In this document: positions 55,915-64,000 of the stretch, in pieces | Numbering within the stretch: position 1 is the stretch's first letter | Layout: every line of letters starts with the position of its first letter | From: Parcubacteria group bacterium GW2011_GWA2_40_23 | GTDB lineage: Bacteria; Patescibacteriota; Patescibacteriia; UBA11705; JABHMO01 | Assembly (NCBI GenBank): GCA_000996245.1 | Contig: LBYP01000004.1 | Location: 10,860 to 74,859 of the forward strand | DNA length: 64,000 bases | Reading direction: 5' to 3' | Notes under the pieces: generated by a model | What the model saw: the letters and a program-made list of their open reading frames with translations, nothing else | What the model was told of the DNA's origin: nothing | Databases searched by the model: none | Translations under genes and position numbers: made by a program

Positions 55915-56619
55915 ATGGAAAAAAAAGAAGAAGTCCTCAGCACCAATCAGTGCGGGGAAAGTAAAAAAGTTCGAACTCCGTTCACACGCCCCTTGCGTCA
56001 AAAAGGTGGAATTTATTTTTACGCTGGTTCAATTACCAATCGTAAAAATGTGTTTGTAACGTCAGAGTACATCAATCTACTGGTGAATGCGTTTAAGTAT
56101 TCAGAATTAAAGAAAGACATTAAAAATTTGGCTTATGTTGTGATGCCTAATTTTTTCTATTGGATTTTTAAGTTGAGCGAAACGCAAGATGACCCAGTAA
56201 GTGTTTTTGGTGAATTAAAGCGTGATGTGGCACGAGAAATTATCCAAAATTTAAACATGGAAATCAAAGATGCTAATTTCCAAGTGGATCCAATTATGAG
56301 TGGCAATGAACGTGTCGCCAGATCTTCTCCACAAAGAATTTTGGCAACTTTTGCAGAAGAAGCGAAGAAGTATGAAAATAAGCGCTATCGCGTTTGGACT
56401 CCTAAAACTGAATTGCGTTTAGTCGACACCCCAGAGTTATTGCAAGAGAAATTAGCGGCCATTAAAAAGGCTCCTTCAAACGATCGTTGGCAATTAGTTA
56501 AAGATTCCAAGAAATATCCTTATCTGTATTTGGCCGAAGATTTAGCAGAGTTAAGTCAAGAGGAACTGAAAGAATTTAGTCTTAATCTAGTCTCACAAGT
56601 CGCTTACACCACGTCCTAG
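55915..56619 (+). CDS. IS200/IS605-like (RAYT-like) transposase-fold protein with a degenerate HuH motif
   Basis: 234 aa. …RPLRQKGGIYFYAGSITNRKNVFVTSEYINLLVNAFKYS…NLAYVVMPNFFYWIFKL parallels the IS200/RAYT core (RpHR…YHV…R…iF…l.aYvvMPNHvHll), but YHV is YFY and HxH is FFY. Confidence 0.45.
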   Translation: MEKKEEVLSTNQCGESKKVRTPFTRPLRQKGGIYFYAGSITNRKNVFVTSEYINLLVNAFKYSELKKDIKNLAYVVMPNFFYWIFKLSETQDDPVSVFGELKRDVAREIIQNLNMEIKDANFQVDPIMSGNERVARSSPQRILATFAEEAKKYENKRYRVWTPKTELRLVDTPELLQEKLAAIKKAPSNDRWQLVKDSKKYPYLYLAEDLAELSQEELKEFSLNLVSQVAYTTS

Positions 56620-56682
56620 CTTTTGTCGATAGTTAATTCATAATGGGGTTGGTAGCAACCTATCAACCCCTTTCAAGGAGCT

Positions 56683-58824
56683 ATGCAAAGAAGATTCGGA
56701 GTTTTAGTAGTTTGTCTTATGTTAATAATGTCATGTATGAATGCACAAGAAACCATAGCGGCCGTAGTGGATAATAATATTTCCGGCAGTAACGTTAAAC
56801 AATATTATTTCTTTGATTGCGATAAGACGGATTGTCAGGTTTTGTTTAAAGAAATCAGTGAGGACGCGACTGTTGTTCCAGTCGAGGAACCAGCAGAGCT
56901 TCCGGTTATTGGAAGCTCGGACTCAGGAGTTGTCGATGCTGAAACTGTGGATGTCCCAGAAATAGTTATAGAAGTTGTCGACGACACAAACCAAGTTGAA
57001 GACTCTTCCGTGACCGAAGTAACTGATCAAGTCGAAACGTCTGATATTGTCGCACCATTAACAACATATTCTTTCCAATCTGTACGTATAAACGAAGTTG
57101 TCTCTGCCGCTGAAACAGGAGAAAAAGAATGGGTTGAATTGTATAATCCAACAACAGAAACGATTGATCTTCAAAATTGGATAATCGAAGAAGGTTCTGG
57201 CACAAAAACGATTCTGACTGGTCAAATTGAAGCAAAAGGTTATCTTGTGTTCGAAACTAAGAACCTAAACAACAGCGGCGATTTGGTTCTTCTCAAAGAC
57301 GCTACGGGCAAGGTAATTGATCAAGTCGTTTACGGCGATTGGGACGATGGGGATAAGTCTGATAACTGGCCAGCTAGTGACAAAGGCGAAGCCTTATCAT
57401 TATATGAAGGGGAATACGTGGTTAACCCTCAAACAACGCAAGGAGAAATTAATATTTATGACAGATTAGAAACAGTTGTTGAAACTCAAACTGAGACAAC
57501 AGTGCAAACAGAAGTTGAGGTTAGTCCCCAACCGGTCGAAGTGGTTGTGCCAGAAGTAGTGGAGACCGCCGGCGCCGCGACGACTGAACCTTCAGCATCA
57601 ACTATCGCCTACCAGTACTCGGACGTTGTCAGGATCAATGAGCTCCTTCCGGCGCCGGCCACCGGTAGCGAAGAATGGATAGAACTCTACAATTCCGGTT
57701 CAACGGATGTCGACCTTCGCGGTTGGTCCATTGATGACGCCGAAGGTGGCAGTACTCCGTATATTATTTCAGAATCTTTGATTATCAGGGCTCAAGGTTA
57801 TTTAGTTCTGCCTCAATTAAAAACGAAGGTTCAACTTAATAATTCGTCAGATGAAGTTCGGCTAATAGATCCAGACCAAAAAGTTATTGATTCAGTTTCT
57901 TACGCAGCAACGCATTCGAATGTTAGTTGGTCAAAGATTGATACTAATTGGGTCGAAACAGAGCTTTTAACGCCGGAATTGGTGAATGCTTTAGCGGAGG
58001 TTGATCCATTAGTGATAAGCTCGTCCATCGAAGAAACAGAAACCTTGACTGCAGATCCGGCATTTCAAGGTCTTGGAATTAGTGAGGCCGCGGCCTTGGA
58101 CTTAAGAACTCAGGTAATGGTCGAGGCCGCCGTGACAGTTCTCCCGGGAACTTTCAGTAAAAATTTAATTTATGTTCAGGATGAAACTGGTGGTATACAA
58201 GTTTATTTTGATGCAGCCACTTGGCCACAACTTTCACTCGGACAAGAAGTTGTAATTGCTGGTACAATTTCGCAAAGTTTGGGTGAAAAAAGAATTTTGA
58301 TTAAGAATGCGACTGATGTATTTGTCAAAGAAACGACTCGTGCAGTTCTGCCATTCAAAATAAATACAGAGATGTTGAGTCCCACACTAGTCGGATCTTT
58401 GGTTGAGCTGGAAGCAACTTTGTTTAAAAAAGATGGGAGTACTTGGTTTATGACTGATTCTGTTGGCGGAGTGAAAGTGTATTTGAAAAAAGGTTCTCAA
58501 ATCCCAAGTACCTTATTCAATGTTAATGACAAACTCAAAATCACGGGTGTTCTCGTTCAAAATAATGGAGAATTCATGATTCAACCACGTAATGATCAGG
58601 ATATTGTTAATCTTTCATTGACTGAAGATGGTGGAGCGGGCGCAAGCATTGAAACACAAGAAACAATCCCTCCTGGTTCAACACAAAAGAATGTACTCGT
58701 AGGTTTGGGTGTAGGTGCTGGTGTTCTGGGCGCAATTAATTTGTTCTTAGCTCTAAAAAAATATTTACCCAAGCGTAAAATTCGGGGTTATTGGTATCGT
58801 TTGAAAACTAGCCTTCAGGGTTAA
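56683..58824 (+). CDS. surface protein with two lamin-tail domains (LTD) and a C-terminal membrane anchor
   Basis: 713 aa. Signal peptide. Two LTD units (VRINEVVSAAETGEKEWVELYNPTTETIDLQNWIIEEGSG…; VRINELLPAPATGSEEWIELYNSGSTDVDLRGWSIDDAEGG…). OB-fold-like C-terminal region. TM helix near the C-terminus (VLVGLGVGAGVLGAINLFLAL). AAGGAG RBS present. Confidence 0.6.
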   Translation: MQRRFGVLVVCLMLIMSCMNAQETIAAVVDNNISGSNVKQYYFFDCDKTDCQVLFKEISEDATVVPVEEPAELPVIGSSDSGVVDAETVDVPEIVIEVVDDTNQVEDSSVTEVTDQVETSDIVAPLTTYSFQSVRINEVVSAAETGEKEWVELYNPTTETIDLQNWIIEEGSGTKTILTGQIEAKGYLVFETKNLNNSGDLVLLKDATGKVIDQVVYGDWDDGDKSDNWPASDKGEALSLYEGEYVVNPQTTQGEINIYDRLETVVETQTETTVQTEVEVSPQPVEVVVPEVVETAGAATTEPSASTIAYQYSDVVRINELLPAPATGSEEWIELYNSGSTDVDLRGWSIDDAEGGSTPYIISESLIIRAQGYLVLPQLKTKVQLNNSSDEVRLIDPDQKVIDSVSYAATHSNVSWSKIDTNWVETELLTPELVNALAEVDPLVISSSIEETETLTADPAFQGLGISEAAALDLRTQVMVEAAVTVLPGTFSKNLIYVQDETGGIQVYFDAATWPQLSLGQEVVIAGTISQSLGEKRILIKNATDVFVKETTRAVLPFKINTEMLSPTLVGSLVELEATLFKKDGSTWFMTDSVGGVKVYLKKGSQIPSTLFNVNDKLKITGVLVQNNGEFMIQPRNDQDIVNLSLTEDGGAGASIETQETIPPGSTQKNVLVGLGVGAGVLGAINLFLALKKYLPKRKIRGYWYRLKTSLQG

Positions 58825-58864
58825 CGCTTCAGCTAAGAAAAAATATACGGTTAATGCATTTGTG

Positions 58865-58904
58865 TCGGTCGTAGGGAACAAAATTTTTTGTTCCCTACGA
58901 CCGA
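58865..58904. repeat. REP-like palindrome TCGGTCGTAGGGAACAAAATTTTTTGTTCCCTACGACCGA (copy 3 of 3)
   Basis: Perfect 20+20 palindrome. The outer inverted arms aaaatatacgg…ccgtatatttt extend it to about 58841-58925. Confidence 0.65.
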
Positions 58905-58944
58905 CCGATGCCCGTATATTTTTTATATCGCTTGTGTATAAACT

Positions 58945-61878
58945 TTGTTGGAAGTACCAATTTGTGTTATAATTAACTCAAATAAGATATATTCGATGCG
59001 ATATCGATTATCGAAAATTTTACATTATTTAGGAAGTAAACTTCAATCTTGCTTTGAGTTTATTAAATTTGTTTTTGTTCCAAGGCAGAAATATTTTGTC
59101 ATTGGAACTTTTGTTATTATCGGATTTAGTGTCTTTATTTGTGGTCGAGTGGCTTATGGCGGTTGGCTTGGCCCTAGCTGGGAGGATATAATGCACCTGC
59201 TAAATTCTGTTTTGTTCATGTTTGCCAGTATGCTTGGTTGGGTTGCCATGAAGATTTTTGCCTTAGTGATCATGGTGTGTCAATACAATACTTTCGTAAC
59301 TTCACTAGCAGTAGTTAAAGCCTGGGTCTTGATCCGAGATGTTTGTAATATGGGTTTTGTGGTAATCTTACTGATAATCGCTTTTGCTCAAATTTTAAAT
59401 GTTCAAAAATATAGTATTAAAACATTATTACCGAAGGTTCTAATAACTGCGGTCTTAATAAATTTTAGTAAACTACTCTGTGGTTTAATGATTGATGTTA
59501 GTCAGGTTGTGATGATGACCTTTGTAAATGGATTTCAGGCTACGGCTGGTGCGAATCTAGTTAATGGGTTGGGGCTGGCTAAGTTAATGAAACTAAGCGC
59601 AGAAAACTCTGAAAACGGAGCAGCAAAAGGAAGTGGACCAACTGGTGCCCAAATATTTTTAGCTTTATGTTTGGGGATTTTAATACTTATTGCCATGATT
59701 TGTGTCATGTTTTTTATTGCTTTAATATTGGTAATGAGAATAGTTACTCTGTGGTTATTAGTTATTTTAGCTCCGGCAGCTTGGGCGTTTAGCATGTTTC
59801 CTGGCATGGGTGAAGGTAAGTATAACGATTGGTGGAAAAATTTTGGTTCAACAGTAGCTGTGGGGCCATTCATGGCGTTTTTTTTGTGGATTTCCCTCTT
59901 GGTAATGTCTAATCCAGACCAGATGATAGCGAATATGAATGAAATGAATGCTGGTATCGAAGCCAAGAGTGGCGATAAACCAGCGGTTGGTGCTTTAGAC
60001 AATCTTGCTCAGGCAGCCATGGGTTTGGTTTTGCTTATGGCCAGTTTAATTGCTGCCCAAGAAGGCGGTGGCGCTATTGGTAAGCTAGCTGCCAAGGGGC
60101 AATCTGTTGCCACTGCGGCGGTGCAAAAGACAGCTATGAAGTTTTCTGGTGCGCAAGCTGTGGCTGATAGAGGTAAGGCTGCGTATGCTGGATATAAAGA
60201 ACAAAAAGACGCCAAGCAAGCAGCGAAGCTGGCACCCTGGAAAGAGAAAGGTGCTAAAGTTGCTTCAGCGCAAAACAAAATACAGGCGAACTTAATACAT
60301 CCTGTTTCGGCTGTAAAAGCGGCTGGAGCTGGTATTAAGAAAGGTGCGGAAACTTATTCTAAAACAAGAACAGAGGGGGGCGGTGTTTTAAAAAGTTTGT
60401 CTGCTGCTAAAAAAGCTGCTGCTAAAGAAGGCAAGGCACGTTTTATGAAGGATCAAGGTGGCAAGCTCAATATGCGTATGGCCAATGCGGTTGATTCTAA
60501 TGTTCACAAAGAGGCCATGGAAAAAGGAAAAAAATCACTAGGAGATCGTGGTATTAAATCAGATGCAGATTTAGATGATATAATTTCCGGTAAGATAAAG
60601 GCTAGTGAGGCAGAGAAAAAGACCGCCATGCTTATGAAGGCTGAGCGCGGTAATTTAACGGCTGACCAGGCAAAGCAAGGCAAGGAAATGATGGGTGATG
60701 ATGCGGCCAGTGCTGATGTCTTTGAGGCGAGCATGAAGAAAAAACAAGTTCATTTGGCTTATAATTTTGATGATGCTGGCGAAAGAGCACGGTTTGATAA
60801 AGATGTTAAATCTGGGGATATTGATTTAACTAAACAAGGTGTGGATGCATATAAAGATCAGAAGTTTATGAGTGCTGCCGTTGGATCACTGGGGGCAAAA
60901 GCTTTTGGTGATCAAATGAAGAAGGTTGGTGATAGAAGTGATGAACACAAAGAAGCTGTTAAGAATACAGTGAAGGATCCGGCTTTTGCACCAACAGCGT
61001 TAACTGCATTAAATAATCAGAGAACTGCTGCTGCTACGGAGGTCACAAACAAAACAACGGAGCTTGCAGCTTTGACCGCCGGATCACCAGCGCACACTAA
61101 AAAACAAGAGGAACTAAACAAGGTGATTGCAGTGAAGACAAAAGCAGATGCGGATCACGCAAACACAAAGAAAGCTTTACCTGAAGCAATTGCTAAAGTG
61201 TCTGGTGATCTTGATATGGCGTTCATTAACCGTGATGATAATGGTGTGCCCCACCCAGCAGGTCATCCAGAGGCGGGAATTAACCAGGCAGGGTTAGCTG
61301 GCTATGTTAAGGGATTGGATGCAAAAGGATTAGCTAAGTTAAATCTTTCGGGTTCATCGGATGCTGTAAAACATGGTGTAGCTTCTAATGTTAATGCTAA
61401 TGCATTAAATAATTTGGCCAAGTCTAATGTTGAAGGTTCTAATGAGCAGGTTCAAGAGCTTACTAAAGCCATGGCTGAATTTGTTAATAGTCCTTCACTT
61501 GATCCTGCGACATCGAGTCCTGCGGAAATAGCTGATAATGAAACAAAGAAAGCAGCTTCGCTTAAAGAATTACTAAAAGCAGTAAGTAAGGATGAGACAT
61601 CCGCTGCTTTTGGGGACAAGGAAACAGCAATTTTAACTGCTGTTAACGCTGCTCAAACGGCATTAAATAGTAGACGTGCCGCAGCTGGACAAGCACCGGT
61701 TCAATCAACTCAGCAAGGACAGGCTGCGGCTGACGCCGCTTCTGCTGTTGCGAGGACTGCCGCTGACGCGACTGCCGCTGCTAATGCTGCTACGACTGCT
61801 GCGGCTAGAGACGCGGCGTTGGCGCAAGCTATTGCTGATGCATTGAGACGTGGCGGTCCACTACCACCTACTCCTTAG
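58945..61878 (+). CDS. polytopic membrane protein with a long Ala/Lys-rich tail (TrbL/VirB6-like candidate)
   Basis: 977 aa. At least 7-8 TM helices in the first ~350 aa, followed by a ~600-aa Ala/Lys/Gly-rich low-complexity region ending in QAPVQSTQQGQAAADAASA…PLPPTP. Topology resembles T4SS TrbL/VirB6 proteins; family assignment is weak. Confidence 0.35.
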   Translation: MLEVPICVIINSNKIYSMRYRLSKILHYLGSKLQSCFEFIKFVFVPRQKYFVIGTFVIIGFSVFICGRVAYGGWLGPSWEDIMHLLNSVLFMFASMLGWVAMKIFALVIMVCQYNTFVTSLAVVKAWVLIRDVCNMGFVVILLIIAFAQILNVQKYSIKTLLPKVLITAVLINFSKLLCGLMIDVSQVVMMTFVNGFQATAGANLVNGLGLAKLMKLSAENSENGAAKGSGPTGAQIFLALCLGILILIAMICVMFFIALILVMRIVTLWLLVILAPAAWAFSMFPGMGEGKYNDWWKNFGSTVAVGPFMAFFLWISLLVMSNPDQMIANMNEMNAGIEAKSGDKPAVGALDNLAQAAMGLVLLMASLIAAQEGGGAIGKLAAKGQSVATAAVQKTAMKFSGAQAVADRGKAAYAGYKEQKDAKQAAKLAPWKEKGAKVASAQNKIQANLIHPVSAVKAAGAGIKKGAETYSKTRTEGGGVLKSLSAAKKAAAKEGKARFMKDQGGKLNMRMANAVDSNVHKEAMEKGKKSLGDRGIKSDADLDDIISGKIKASEAEKKTAMLMKAERGNLTADQAKQGKEMMGDDAASADVFEASMKKKQVHLAYNFDDAGERARFDKDVKSGDIDLTKQGVDAYKDQKFMSAAVGSLGAKAFGDQMKKVGDRSDEHKEAVKNTVKDPAFAPTALTALNNQRTAAATEVTNKTTELAALTAGSPAHTKKQEELNKVIAVKTKADADHANTKKALPEAIAKVSGDLDMAFINRDDNGVPHPAGHPEAGINQAGLAGYVKGLDAKGLAKLNLSGSSDAVKHGVASNVNANALNNLAKSNVEGSNEQVQELTKAMAEFVNSPSLDPATSSPAEIADNETKKAASLKELLKAVSKDETSAAFGDKETAILTAVNAAQTALNSRRAAAGQAPVQSTQQGQAAADAASAVARTAADATAAANAATTAAARDAALAQAIADALRRGGPLPPTP

Positions 61879-61965
61879 TTATGAGCGAGGAGTGATAGTT
61901 GCTACGTCAGTAACTGCGAGTATCTAGAAGTTCGCAAGCTGTTAAACAATAATAACAACAAAGAA

Positions 61966-63510
61966 ATGTCAGCCAAACAGACACAATTAAGCACCTTTGG
62001 CCAAGTCATAATTCCTCAAGAAATAAATGATTTACGGAATTCTGATTTTGCTAGCGAGTTAAGCATGGCTATAATAAGTCAGTTTTCTTTTACGGTTTTT
62101 CAGTTGTCTGCCATGACACATTTGGTTCACGATATCTATTATAAAAAAGTTAGCCTTGATGACTTGGAAAGCCAGATTGCTGTTATTTTTGCTCTCGATA
62201 AAAGTAAAAGTTTAGCATTAGCTAAAGAAATTTGTATTAAACGCTTACTTATCGCTGATAAAGAATGGTTCGATGGTGCTGTCTCGCAGAAATTAAAGAA
62301 AATGGGAGTAAACCCAGATGATTTTGCGGCCTTCCTTAGCGAATATCGCCGTTCTTATGAAGAAGAAAAACGAACTGCAAGTGAAATGGAAAAAATCCGA
62401 CAGGAAGAAGAAAAAGCTGAATCAGCAGAAGAGTATGTCAATAAAAAATTGAATGAAGCTCCCCTTGTTGTCACTGACCCGGAAGAAGAAAAAGCATCAG
62501 CTAAACAAGGCTTTTCTAATTACTTGGTTCCAGTGTTAATTGCTGACGATTATGCGTTAAAGATAGATTTGAATGTACGTTTAATTACTTTATTAACCGG
62601 AGACGACTCAAGAACATTTCAAAGAGAGCTTTTGGATGTCTTGTATCAAAATACGGAAAAGATTACGACTAATCCTATTAAGCTAAAAACTGAAATAGTT
62701 GATCCTTCGGTTGGTAATTGGCTTAAAGATTATGTGGCGTTTACTGGGATTGATGAGGTTGTTAGTACCATTAAGAAAGCGCAATATATTACGCAATCAG
62801 AAAATATTAAAGCTTTAACGCCAGAAGACAAAGAAAAATTAGAAAAATTATTTGATTTATACATTAATATCAAGAATTTTTACGATAATGTTACTAAATA
62901 CGATTTAGACGAGGTTTCTATTTTCCCTTTCACAGCCAAAGAACAACAGGATTTTTTGACAGAGCTGGAGTCTTATACAGCCTCTGAAGGAGAAGAAGGA
63001 TCTGAAGCAAAACCAGCGGAACCTAAATCAATTGAAGGATTATTACAAGAAAAAGTTGTTGAAGAAAAGAAAGTCGCGTTGGAAAAAGACGTCATTTCTC
63101 AAAAAACAAGAAATGAATTTGATAAAGTCGCTGACGTTTTTGAAGATTTTCTGTTACGACGCAAACGTTACGAAATTATTGCTTGTCTAGAAATTTTTGC
63201 TGAGACGGGTGCCTTAGCGAACCTAATTTCAAAGGATGCACGTTTCAATTCTTTACTTTTTGGCTATTTTAAACGTAATAACCTCCAAGCCGAAGAAGTG
63301 GCTTTTAAAAAAGAGCCTTACCAGGCGCGCCAGGTCCAACATTTCCTTAAATTTGTTTTTCTGGAACGTTTAGGCCTTTCTGAAAATGACGGTGCTCGCT
63401 GGACCGTGCGTTTATCAAATATATTTAGAACTAAGGGCTTATTAGCTTATGCCCAACTTGCATACTTAGATTTAAGTGATCATAAATTTAAATGGACGGA
63501 GGGACTATGA
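61966..63510 (+). CDS. hypothetical acidic protein
   Basis: 514 aa with a Glu/Lys-rich central region. No recognisable family. Confidence 0.4.
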   Translation: MSAKQTQLSTFGQVIIPQEINDLRNSDFASELSMAIISQFSFTVFQLSAMTHLVHDIYYKKVSLDDLESQIAVIFALDKSKSLALAKEICIKRLLIADKEWFDGAVSQKLKKMGVNPDDFAAFLSEYRRSYEEEKRTASEMEKIRQEEEKAESAEEYVNKKLNEAPLVVTDPEEEKASAKQGFSNYLVPVLIADDYALKIDLNVRLITLLTGDDSRTFQRELLDVLYQNTEKITTNPIKLKTEIVDPSVGNWLKDYVAFTGIDEVVSTIKKAQYITQSENIKALTPEDKEKLEKLFDLYINIKNFYDNVTKYDLDEVSIFPFTAKEQQDFLTELESYTASEGEEGSEAKPAEPKSIEGLLQEKVVEEKKVALEKDVISQKTRNEFDKVADVFEDFLLRRKRYEIIACLEIFAETGALANLISKDARFNSLLFGYFKRNNLQAEEVAFKKEPYQARQVQHFLKFVFLERLGLSENDGARWTVRLSNIFRTKGLLAYAQLAYLDLSDHKFKWTEGL

Positions 63511-64000
63511 CCGACATTGATCTTTCAAGTTACATGTTAGTTAAGGACAAAGATGGCCAACTCAAATATTATAAAGATGGTCAGTTTTTTAGCACCGAGG
63601 AAATGGATGCTTTAATTAAACAAAGTACAGAAAAACAAGACTCTGTTGTTAAAAAAATTGATTTCAAACCAGTTTTAACTTTTACAGAAAAGAAAAAAGA
63701 ATTAACACCAAGAATAGTTACTCCCAAAGCAGAGTCAGAAACGCAGTCGGAGATCCCACGAAATAATACTCTCGACGCTCAACGTTCTGCTGACCAAAAA
63801 GCAATTGAAGCCACAGTCAAAAATATTATTGCCCAACTTAAGATTTCTTTTTCAGATGAAGTTATTGAACGACGTTTTTTGAATATATTAACTACTTATT
63901 TCCGCGGAATTCGTACTCAAAAAGAAATCGAATATGTTTTGGCTTTGCCACGTATCAGTGGTGGTATGGAATTACCAGCTGACAAAGCAAAATTAATTTG
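63508..64000 (+). CDS. hypothetical protein (partial, runs off window)
   Basis: ATG 63508 overlaps the upstream stop (ctATGA). The frame is open to the window end (MTDIDLSSYMLVKDKDGQLKYYKDG…). Confidence 0.35.

Noticed and set aside
1-64000. CRISPR arrays, rRNA genes, integrase or recombinase genes.
   Set aside because: No regularly spaced direct repeats with unique spacers, no rRNA-like conserved stretches, and no tyrosine or serine recombinase motifs were seen. The only mobile-element-like proteins are the DGR RT and the degenerate IS200/RAYT-like protein.

Overview
This 64 kb window is AT-rich, has compact intergenic spacers and mostly weak or absent Shine-Dalgarno sequences, and by inference comes from a small-genome bacterium, possibly Patescibacteria/CPR-like (EF-Ts is only 195 aa; L25 carries a Lys/Ala/Glu tail). 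Housekeeping genes: rplA (partial), rplK, nusG, secE, gyrB, a SEDS FtsW/RodA, rplY, prmC, prfA, rpmE, lgt, rpsB, tsf, pheS, a Nif3-like gene, pheT, dnaX, tRNA-Gln(CUG), thiI, a Fur-family regulator, a ferritin-like/VIT1 transporter, and an RRM RNA-binding protein. Accessory content: (i) a diversity-generating retroelement (DGR) at about 16.3-18.9 kb, with a GC-rich target gene, a C-terminal VR of about 123 bp, a cognate TR with almost exclusively adenine-site mismatches, an Avd-like gene on the opposite strand and a DGR-type reverse transcriptase; (ii) a second GC-rich ORF with an internal duplication behind a perfect consensus promoter; (iii) a type II restriction-modification cassette (putative REase plus an HTH-fused Dcm C5-methyltransferase) bracketed by a ~36 bp direct repeat that duplicates the 3' end of prmC; (iv) a MarR - ECF sigma - anti-sigma - HlyD - MacB-like ABC export operon; (v) a VirD4-like coupling ATPase and a TrbL/VirB6-like polytopic membrane protein; (vi) a second ECF sigma followed by very large Thr/Ala/Gly-rich surface proteins, an IS200/RAYT-like protein with a degenerate HuH motif, and a lamin-tail-domain surface protein. 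Several short dispersed palindromic repeat families are present (REP-like GTAGGGAACAAAA/TTTTGTTCCCTAC, three copies), and a conserved direct-repeat motif (AATTCGTAAC..TATTCGTAAC) lies upstream of three genes. Three genes appear disrupted: an in-frame TAA at a conserved Nudix Glu, an in-frame TAA in one of two tandem paralogs, and an apparent frameshift at an A8 tract. No rRNA genes or CRISPR arrays were seen. The ORF track calls TTG/GTG starts as M; all coordinates were derived by manual counting.
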